Positions 49,923-57,572 of a stretch of DNA of 64,000 nucleotides are shown piece after piece; position 1 is the first letter of the stretch; each line of letters begins with the position of its first letter. Position numbers and translations under genes: made by a program. The notes under the pieces were generated by a model. The model ran no database searches. It had not been told where the DNA came from and worked only from the letters and a program-made list of their open reading frames with translations. The stretch lies in the sequence record ON287376.1. One strand, given 5' to 3'.

Positions 49923-51604
49923 CAATATTTACTTTAGTTCAATAGTATGACGATATAATTCGGAATGCTATTATGGAAAAGACAATACCGCCGTGGACAG
50001 AATCTTCCGTAGCAGGGTTTTACCTGATTGAAGGATTCTCCAGGTACGCGGTCAATGAAGAAGGTAAAATTCTCGATTTAAAGCGAGGAGTTGAAATCCC
50101 CGTTTATCGAGACAAAAAAGGATACCAGTACAACTCAGTAGTAACCGACTCAGGTAAACGAGTGCTCTATCAACATTACCGTTTGATGATGATAGCGATG
50201 TCAGATCGACCTGACAACTACCACGAGTTGGTGATAAATCACAAAGACAACATCCATGGTCACGATGAGTTAAGTAATCTAGAGTGGTGTACGGTTTTAG
50301 AGAACAATCGACACGCCATTTCCATCGGCGCTAAACGAGTTGATTTTACGGTCGCGCCCAGAAAGAAAGTAAAGGTCTTCTTAGTTAACACTAAAGAAGA
50401 GCTCGATTTCCCTTCAGCTCGTGCAGCATCGGAATACCTTGGAATATCCCCTAAGAGACTAGATCGAATTCTTTCTCTCGATCAACCTTTCTTCCGGGGA
50501 GAATATCTGATTAAGTTAGCAAACGACCCAACGCCTTGGAGAATAATCTCCAACGATGAACCGGTCTACAATGAGACAGGCAGAATCATCTTAGTTAGAG
50601 ATGTCTTTACCGGAGAAGTCACTGAGTGGCTTTCCATGTCTCAGTACGCTAACCATATCGGGTTGTCTAAAGATGCAATCGCTTGGAGATTGAAAGATAC
50701 GAAACAACGTGTCTATCCAGAGATGAAACAATACAAGTACAAAGGCGATAACTCTCCTTGGAGAGAATTGACCCATGAGGAGAAATCCGGACTGGTCAAA
50801 CATGGTCAAGCGAATAAGATCTTTGTTCGTGACCTAAACGCCAATGAAACGTTTGAGTTCAATAGCCAAACTGAAATGGCTAACGCTCTTGGAATCTCTG
50901 TGCCTACTGTAACACTTTGGTTATCGAAGAACATCTCGGATATCAAAGGTAGTCGGTATTTGATTCATCGTGGTTTGACTGAACCTAAGTGGCGTCATGT
51001 GGAATCAATAGCTAGGGAGCTAGCGAAGAATTCACGAGCCAAAAAGGTCGTTGTAGTCACTAATCGTGACGGTACTGAATCCACCTTCTTAAGTGCAGCA
51101 GAAGCGTGCCGAGTTTACAACATCGGAACCACTACTGCAAACTGGCGGTTAAAAACCAATGGAGAGAAAGTCTATCCGGATGGTACCCGCTGGCGTTATC
51201 TTTCCAATGACTGAAGTACGGGTCGCTTCTGGGAGTAATCCCAGTCGAATAACTTCCTTAATTGCGGGAACCCACTAAAGCCACACTGCTACAACGTAAC
51301 TGGAAACGGTAAGCGTGAATGCTCTAAAAAGTGTGTGGATGTACAATGGGGAATCGAGTTCGGTAACCAATCCGATCTTTCGCAGCGAAGCCTCTACCGT
51401 ATCGTAGATACCACGGGGAACGTTCAACGACTATCGCCGTCGGGCGAGTAGGGCCAAGTGGTGCGTGAAAACGCCTGTAACGAGTTTACAGCCGAAATAG
51501 GAAGTATCCTTGTAAAGAGGGTAATGATATAGTCTCGACATCTGAGGAAAGCTCAGAGCTGCATTAGCAGGCTTAGGAATAACGAACCTAAGTGAAGATT
51601 TCTG
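49923..51604 (+). ncRNA. Self-splicing group I intron (IA2-like), 1682 nt, homing endonuclease ORF in the P1 loop
   Basis: 5' exon ends in U, intron ends in G; P AATTGCGGGAA, Q-like TTTCGCAGC, R GTTCAACGACTA, S GATATAGTCT; P3 ACTTCCT/AGGAAGT; P7 GACTA/TAGTC; splicing gives in-frame YDD-PKRVSFISIQQSH. Confidence 0.9.
49973..51214 (+). mobile_element. Intron-encoded HNH homing endonuclease (NUMOD4-HNH plus four NUMOD1/IENR1-like repeats)
   Basis: FSRYAVNEEG N-terminus; INHKDNIHGHDELSNLEWCTVLENNRHA; repeats like F.S...A...LGIS. Confidence 0.9.
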
Positions 51605-52756
51605 CCAAAGCGAGTAAGTTTCATCTCTATTCAGCAATCTCACGTTATCGCTTCTAGTGACGCAATGGTTTCTCCTATCCGTACTGGGTACGAGCAAGTC
51701 ATGGCTCACCGTGTTGACGATACCTTCGCTACCGCGGCTAAAGGCCCAGGGGTAGTGACCGAGAAAGGCCCTAACTACATGGTCGTAAAATACGACGATG
51801 AGAAATTAGGTGAGGAGCGTATCCAATTAGGTCGTCGCTTCGGTGTGGTAACTGGTCACGTTGTTCCACACGCCGTAGTATCTGAACTGGAAGTGGGTAA
51901 GCGAGTAGTAGAAGGTGAGATCGTAAGTTACCATCCTGGGTTCTTCCAGCGCGACTGGCGCGACCCGACTCAGGTGCTGTGGAAGTCAGGTACTCTGGCC
52001 AACATCGCACTGATGGAAAACAACTCGACCTTTGAGGATGCGAGTCTGATCTCCGAATCACTCTCTAAACGTCTGCACACGCCGACTAGCCATACGCGTA
52101 CTATCTTGGTTAACTTTAACCAGGGTATCCGTAATCTGGTAGCGGTTGGCGAACATGTAGATAATGAAACGGTTCTCGGCTACATTGAGGATGAGGTTTC
52201 TTCTGCGAGTGATTTGTTCGACGAGTCCACTTTGGAAGCATTGAAACGTTTGGGTTCTCCAGCTCCGCGTGCTAAGTATGTAGGAGATATCGAGAAAATC
52301 GAGGTAATCTATTTCGGTGAGAAGGAAGACATGTCTCCTTCATTACGGAAAATTGCGGATTACTACGATAACCAACGCGCCAAGCTTTCTAAGGCTTTGG
52401 GTGGTACAGAAGCGAAGACTGGGCAGATTTTCACGCCTACGCGATTGGACGGTCTCTCTATTGAGATTGATATGATGGCGATTCGTATCTACATTACCCA
52501 TGACCGCTCTATGGGTGACGGGGACAAGATCGTGGTGGGTAACCAGAAAAAGTCCGTGGTGTCTGGAGTGTTCACTGGTAAGTGCCGTACTGTCGGCCCA
52601 GTGATTCCTGGCGATAAACCATGGGACGTTGATCTCCAGTTCTCGTACAAGTCTGTAAACGCACGTATCGTAAACTCCGCGATGATGTCGGGGATGGTTA
52701 ACATCCTTCTCCAGCACATTGCCACTGCGATGCTGAACGCTTACAACGAAGAGTAG
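51605..52756 (+). CDS. rpoB: Virion RNA polymerase beta subunit, exon 2
   Basis: PKRVSFISIQQSH (equivalent to ANRALMGANMQRQ), IRTGYE, FEDASLIS, GDGDKIVVGNQKKSV; in frame with the 51665 ORF; spliced product 1507 aa. Confidence 0.88.
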   Translation, partial: PKRVSFISIQQSHVIASSDAMVSPIRTGYEQVMAHRVDDTFATAAKGPGVVTEKGPNYMVVKYDDEKLGEERIQLGRRFGVVTGHVVPHAVVSELEVGKRVVEGEIVSYHPGFFQRDWRDPTQVLWKSGTLANIALMENNSTFEDASLISESLSKRLHTPTSHTRTILVNFNQGIRNLVAVGEHVDNETVLGYIEDEVSSASDLFDESTLEALKRLGSPAPRAKYVGDIEKIEVIYFGEKEDMSPSLRKIADYYDNQRAKLSKALGGTEAKTGQIFTPTRLDGLSIEIDMMAIRIYITHDRSMGDGDKIVVGNQKKSVVSGVFTGKCRTVGPVIPGDKPWDVDLQFSYKSVNARIVNSAMMSGMVNILLQHIATAMLNAYNEE

Positions 52757-52773
52757 TCAGTAGTTACGTAGCC

Positions 52774-52797
52774 GCTGGGTAGGGGCCCCTACCCAGC
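52774..52797 (+). terminator. Perfect 24-bp palindrome/terminator after RNAP beta
   Basis: GCTGGGTAGGGGCCCCTACCCAGC followed by TTACTTTTT. Confidence 0.7.
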
Positions 52798-52824
52798 TTA
52801 CTTTTTGATGGAAGGTTTCAAAAC

Positions 52825-53010
52825 ATGAACGACAATCAGGCAGTTACCGTCCTGTCATTGGCGAATATCCTCGAGGCTGGGAAACGTGTACTGAAGAACG
52901 CGAAAAGCGAAGACTTCATTATCCCAGAAGGCGCTAACGTTGAGGAAGACTTGGCCGCTGCAATTGCTAGCGAAGTCCGTAATCAGAAAATTGACCAGGG
53001 GATTGCGTAA
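52825..53010 (+). CDS. Small hypothetical protein
   Basis: 61 aa, GGAAGG RBS, TAATG-coupled to the next gene. Confidence 0.65.
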   Translation: MNDNQAVTVLSLANILEAGKRVLKNAKSEDFIIPEGANVEEDLAAAIASEVRNQKIDQGIA

Positions 53011-54491
53011 TGCTCAGTAATAAATCAGTAGAACTGGCTCAGATGATTGTAAGCAACGAATGTGCTTGCGTAACTCCTCGCCCGAACTCTATCCTGGAAG
53101 AAGCTGTCGTTAACTCGACACCTGTTCTTCAGACCGAAGGCCCTTCGCTGGAATCCTTCGCCCAAGAAATGATCGTTGCCTCAGCTCGTGAAGCTGACGG
53201 GTTCGATCTCCACGACGCAGCAATCTCTGACGTCGTTGCTACCGTCGGCCCCGCTCTGGTTCGTCAGATCAAATATGTACGTGACGTTGTCGTCCCGTTC
53301 ATTACTGAAACCTCTGCGACCCTGATGGATAAAGTTCAGGAATCTGAACCGCTGGAATACGAAATTGTTCCTGTCGGTATCGGTGACCTGAGCACCCTGC
53401 CAGTAGTTGCCGAACTGTTCGGTAAAATGAACAGTAACGTACCTTTTGCTCGTCTGATCAAAGACGCTCCGGCTAAGACCGATGCAGAGCTCATCAATGC
53501 CCTGCGTACCGGTTTGCCTGAGCTGGACGATGCAATGGCAGCCACCATCGCTAAATACGGCCACAGCCGCATTGTGGAAATGTACGAAGCCTTCTTCCGT
53601 GGTACCTTTAACCAGGCCAATGACGAAGTATCTCGCGGCATCTACAACATGATCGTCAAGTCTGGCGACGGCTATCGTTTCTCTCTGGTTAACCCAGGTA
53701 TCGTTGACCTGGCCATCGTTGGGTATTTCCTGATCGATAGCTTCATGGACAACGTAATCCCAGGCACCGGTATGTCGCTGGATCAGTACAAAGGCGTTAT
53801 CCAGGGGATGAAACTCTCCATGGGCCAACAGATCCAAAACCTGATCCGTAACTTCACTGACGACATTAAACGTCAGCGTCTGATCATCCGTTGGGCAGAC
53901 CAGCGTGGTATCGTTACTGATGCGAACAAAGCGCGTATCCTGGTTAACGAAATCGTTTACACCAATGCTCTGGCTCAGAACGTTACCCCTGAGGTCATCA
54001 TTGGCGGCATGATGGATCCTCGCGGTGCTAAGATGGACTTGCAGTCCTTCATCACCAACGCACGTTTCTATCAAGGCCTGTGGGAACAACTGGATAAGTC
54101 TCGCAACGACTTCGTTGAGAAAGGCTTCCAGCTGCGCCTGAAAAACATCATCGCCCCGGTTATCGAACAGAAACTCCAAGCGCTGCCGAACGATTATCTG
54201 CCAGACGGCTACGATCGTACTGCCCGCGTTAAAGTTATCCTCGATAACCTGAACGCAAGTGGCCTGAACGCTTATGGCGATTGGGACATGGACGGCGTAC
54301 CTAACCTGTTCTACCTGGTTAAGAACATCGCCACCACCGGTATCTTTAACTTCATCGATACCCGTTCCATCATCGATATCATCGAACGCGATATCGAAGA
54401 GGGCGAAGAAAAGCCGGAGTACGCAGCTTATCGTGCAGCTGTTATCTACCTGGCTAAATGGCTGGTATCCCAGTTCGACGTCACCGCGTAA
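53010..54491 (+). CDS. Head/ejection protein (phiKZ gp177 / SPN3US gp243-like by synteny)
   Basis: 493 aa, strongly biased codons, between RNAP beta and the beta-prime C fragment. Confidence 0.6.
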   Translation: MLSNKSVELAQMIVSNECACVTPRPNSILEEAVVNSTPVLQTEGPSLESFAQEMIVASAREADGFDLHDAAISDVVATVGPALVRQIKYVRDVVVPFITETSATLMDKVQESEPLEYEIVPVGIGDLSTLPVVAELFGKMNSNVPFARLIKDAPAKTDAELINALRTGLPELDDAMAATIAKYGHSRIVEMYEAFFRGTFNQANDEVSRGIYNMIVKSGDGYRFSLVNPGIVDLAIVGYFLIDSFMDNVIPGTGMSLDQYKGVIQGMKLSMGQQIQNLIRNFTDDIKRQRLIIRWADQRGIVTDANKARILVNEIVYTNALAQNVTPEVIIGGMMDPRGAKMDLQSFITNARFYQGLWEQLDKSRNDFVEKGFQLRLKNIIAPVIEQKLQALPNDYLPDGYDRTARVKVILDNLNASGLNAYGDWDMDGVPNLFYLVKNIATTGIFNFIDTRSIIDIIERDIEEGEEKPEYAAYRAAVIYLAKWLVSQFDVTA

Positions 54492-54500
54492 GGAGAGCCA

Positions 54501-55226
54501 ATGGATATCTCTGCATTAAAGCGTAATGCAGATGCTGTCAAGGCTACACTCGAAGAAACTAAACAAGGCAGCCTGGTCACTAAGACCGGCTGCCGTATTC
54601 AGATTCAAGAGTCGTTTCGTTCTAAGAAGCTGATTTCCATGGGCATCGAAACCCTGATCGTTGGCTTCTTTACAATGATTAACCCGGACGGCAGTTACGC
54701 AGTTACGACTACTCCAAGTATGTTCCGTACCAAACCTGCTTCGATCAAGACAGTTGAGATCAAAGGCGTTTCTTACTACGAGCTGACCTACAAGCCTGGA
54801 CAAACTGTCTTCGCTTCCTTGGATCTGCTGAAAGACAACACCTTGCTGTATTACCTGTTCGAAGAAGTATTGGCGCGTGGACGTATCCCTTGGTTTATGT
54901 CGTACACCGACCTCTCCAACTTCTTTACCCTGTCCCCGTACTATACCGGGACGCATCTGGTGGCCACACCGTCTATCGGTGAAATGATCGTAGCGCAGAT
55001 CGCCCGCCAGGACAGTAACCGTCGTTTACCTTTGCGTCAAAGCGTGAAGAAGTATTCTGACGTCTACACGATTCCTTATTCATGGATTCCATTGCGTAAC
55101 GTAGTGGATGGTTCTACGGATACCACGACCAAGATCTCCGGTAGCTATACCGCAGATGGTCTGGATTCGGCGATTGTTAACCCTAACACGGTAATTCAAC
55201 CGATCGAAGCGATCCTGAGGACGTAA
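54501..55226 (+). CDS. rpoC: Virion RNA polymerase beta-prime C-terminal fragment (phiKZ gp176 / SPN3US gp244-like)
   Basis: 'GRIPWFMSY..EMIVAQIAR..LRNV..TTTKISGSY..DGL' resembles the beta-prime C-terminus; synteny next to the protease. Confidence 0.7.
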   Translation: MDISALKRNADAVKATLEETKQGSLVTKTGCRIQIQESFRSKKLISMGIETLIVGFFTMINPDGSYAVTTTPSMFRTKPASIKTVEIKGVSYYELTYKPGQTVFASLDLLKDNTLLYYLFEEVLARGRIPWFMSYTDLSNFFTLSPYYTGTHLVATPSIGEMIVAQIARQDSNRRLPLRQSVKKYSDVYTIPYSWIPLRNVVDGSTDTTTKISGSYTADGLDSAIVNPNTVIQPIEAILRT

Positions 55227-55228
55227 CC

Positions 55229-55942
55229 ATGGACATCGAACTCGGGTTAATGGAGTACTTACTTAAGTTTCCTCCGTATGTCATTGAAGGTCTGGAGATT
55301 GACAAGTCGAATCCGGTCTTGCTCCACATCTCCCCAAACCCGAATATTCGAGAGTTCGTTCCTCGTCCAATTCAGCGGACGATGAAAGGAGAAGATGAAT
55401 ACGTCCCTCGTGTTTGCACGGGGGTCGGTTTACTGGATTGCCTACGCGGCTATGCCGTAGCGATTAACGACTTCCTTAAAAAAGAAGCCACTTGTGCAGG
55501 TGACGATGATTGGCTAGGTGGTTACACCATTTACGCCATCCCTAACGAGGTCGCTTTAAAGCCTAGTCCGCGTATGGCTCCTATCTCGAAGTGGTGTGAG
55601 GAAAGGTGGTTGGTTCCTTACGAGGGCCCTAACCAACCGTATATCCCTGAAGTCGTAGGGAAGTTCTTTATCAACGATGTTAAGTTGGAAGAGGACAGAA
55701 CTATCGTAACCGAGTTATTCTTACACGTCGAAAAAGAGCCGATGATCTTTGATCGTCATCTGACGTTATTTCCCGGTTATTGGAGAATTGTTATTCCTCA
55801 CCTTAACTCGTATTTCGAGGAGAGGTTTAAACGATCTGGTGTTGAAGTCAGTAAGTTGGATTCTAAAGAATTCACTGTCTCCAAGCAGAGCAAGGCGCAT
55901 TTACTTTCCTATGACGTTAATTCATTTATAAAGCGCTGGTGA
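55229..55942 (+). CDS. Hypothetical protein inserted between vRNAP and protease genes
   Basis: 237 aa; LLHIS..FVPR..GED..PRVC..LLDCLRG motif block. Confidence 0.6.
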   Translation: MDIELGLMEYLLKFPPYVIEGLEIDKSNPVLLHISPNPNIREFVPRPIQRTMKGEDEYVPRVCTGVGLLDCLRGYAVAINDFLKKEATCAGDDDWLGGYTIYAIPNEVALKPSPRMAPISKWCEERWLVPYEGPNQPYIPEVVGKFFINDVKLEEDRTIVTELFLHVEKEPMIFDRHLTLFPGYWRIVIPHLNSYFEERFKRSGVEVSKLDSKEFTVSKQSKAHLLSYDVNSFIKRW

Positions 55943-55949
55943 AGAAATC

Positions 55950-56699
55950 ATGGGATCTGTATTTGAAGTAACTGCCTTGAAAGGGGTAAACAAGGTAGGG
56001 GAGATCAAGCGCCTGGACAATAACTATCTCGAAGTTATTCTGGGTGCTCTGGAGTTCCCTAACAGTATTGGCGCAGTCTACGACATGGATCGTGCTATGC
56101 GGTTCTTCGAACCAGGTAGTATTTTCCAGCGCCGTATCGTACAGGGTTTCCTTCGTGGTGAATTAGGTCACCCGAAAGAATATAACTGCCGCGACTACCG
56201 TCAGTATGTGGAACGCATCCACACCATTGACGAAGGTAACTGGGCTATCCATATTCGTAAAGTAACTATCGTTCCTGGCTATCGTTTACCGAACGGTCAG
56301 GTTGTTACTGCGATTATCGGTGAAGTCTGTCCGACGGGTGTACATGCACCGGTTGTTGAACGTATCCTGGCTAACCCGGATGAGAATCTGGCATTCAGTA
56401 TTCGTTCGATGGCCACTGACCGTATCGTAGGTGGTAAACGTCGTAAGTATCTGGACAACGTGATTACGTTTGACGTGGTTAACGAACCAGGTATCTCGAT
56501 CGCTACCAAATACAATGCACCTGCATGTGAATCTATGGACCTGGCAGCAGTGTTCCCTGAGATTATTCGTAGCATGGTTAATGACACTGAGAAAGAAGTT
56601 GCTCTGGAAAGTTCTTTGGGACAGACCGTTGAAGCTATCCGTGCCATTGATCGCCGCGAATACGTGCGCAATCATTCGAGTGCCATTACTCGTTGGTAA
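55950..56699 (+). CDS. Prohead serine protease (phiKZ gp175 / SPN3US gp245-like)
   Basis: LRGELGHP (His), LAFSIRS (Ser), ITFDVVNEPG (Asp). Confidence 0.92.
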   Translation: MGSVFEVTALKGVNKVGEIKRLDNNYLEVILGALEFPNSIGAVYDMDRAMRFFEPGSIFQRRIVQGFLRGELGHPKEYNCRDYRQYVERIHTIDEGNWAIHIRKVTIVPGYRLPNGQVVTAIIGEVCPTGVHAPVVERILANPDENLAFSIRSMATDRIVGGKRRKYLDNVITFDVVNEPGISIATKYNAPACESMDLAAVFPEIIRSMVNDTEKEVALESSLGQTVEAIRAIDRREYVRNHSSAITRW

Positions 56700-56710
56700 A
56701 GCAAAATAGG

Positions 56711-56737
56711 GAGAGAGGCGTTTGCCTCTCTCTTTTT
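56711..56737 (+). terminator. Intrinsic terminator
   Basis: GAGAGAGGC-GTTT-GCCTCTCTC-TTTTT. Confidence 0.8.
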
Positions 56738-56795
56738 GTTTGTTGTTTCGGCAAATTATATAGAGCCTCGCGCCTATCAATAAAGGAACCTTTAC

Positions 56796-57491
56796 ATGGC
56801 CATTGAAGCAGGTATTTACGATGACCCTAAATTACCTTGTGTAATCCAGGCTATCAACCCAGCAGCACCCTGGACAAAGACACCGCGCGTCGTGGACTTT
56901 GTCGGAGAAACAAAACCCTGGAAATCGATCCCAATCATTTCTTGGGTAATTCAGTATCGTGAAGTTGACTTTCGTAAGAAGTTGGCTGACTACTTAGTTG
57001 CACAGAACAAATTCGGTGATCCAGTACTTGTTCGTAAAGCTATTATGGACTTACCGGATAACTCGGTGAACTCTACTCTGGGCAATATCTTCTACGGCGT
57101 TACAACGCTCGCTGCGGGCATGTTACGTCCGAGGCTGGATAACCAGATGACTACGAGCGCACCTGCCACGTACCAGCTCTGGTTGGCTTATTACATGGCA
57201 GAGATGTTTGCAGCAGAACTGGAGGGTAAGGACGATAACGAATCCCGTTACCGTCGAAAAGAGATGCTCTCTACTCGTGAAGTCGTAGGTTACACGATGC
57301 GACAAGCACTGACCCGTAACCCTAACATTAACTGGGGTAATAAAGTTATCTTAGACGCTACTGATGCTATCGAGGTTCGCGATACACTCTATTGCAACCG
57401 CGCAGCACTGGACGTCTATTTGAGCAGAGGCGGTACGTTGAATACCTTAGGTGCAGATTGGCTGACTAAAGGGACTAACCCTACCGTATAA
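56796..57491 (+). CDS. Conserved hypothetical/virion protein
   Basis: 231 aa, AAGGA RBS; follows the protease. Confidence 0.6.
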   Translation: MAIEAGIYDDPKLPCVIQAINPAAPWTKTPRVVDFVGETKPWKSIPIISWVIQYREVDFRKKLADYLVAQNKFGDPVLVRKAIMDLPDNSVNSTLGNIFYGVTTLAAGMLRPRLDNQMTTSAPATYQLWLAYYMAEMFAAELEGKDDNESRYRRKEMLSTREVVGYTMRQALTRNPNINWGNKVILDATDAIEVRDTLYCNRAALDVYLSRGGTLNTLGADWLTKGTNPTV

Positions 57492-57495
57492 AGAG

Positions 57496-57517
57496 GAGGG
57501 ACTTCGGTCCCTCTTTT
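57496..57517 (+). terminator. Intrinsic terminator with UUCG loop
   Basis: GAGGGAC-TTCG-GTCCCTC-TTTT. Confidence 0.8.
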
Positions 57518-57572
57518 ATTTTTTACAGTTACTCCACTGGTATGTGGAACTACCAAAAAGGTTGGACTAAAG

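Noticed and set aside
49954-49959. Sigma70 -10 box TATAAT before the intron endonuclease
   Set aside because: No recognisable -35 element, and it falls in a hairpin loop; the phage TATG late core explains the region better.
51431-51709. 92-aa minus-strand ORF
   Set aside because: Overlies the intron P7-P9 core and exon 2; explained by RNA structure.
46551-52756. RNAP beta as a pseudogene, or as two independent genes (46551-49937 and 51665-52756)
   Set aside because: Precise U/G splice sites, a full ribozyme core and in-frame restoration of the conserved motif explain the break.
53181-54179. 332-aa antisense ORF
   Set aside because: Shadow of the strongly codon-biased 53010 gene; no RBS or motif seen.
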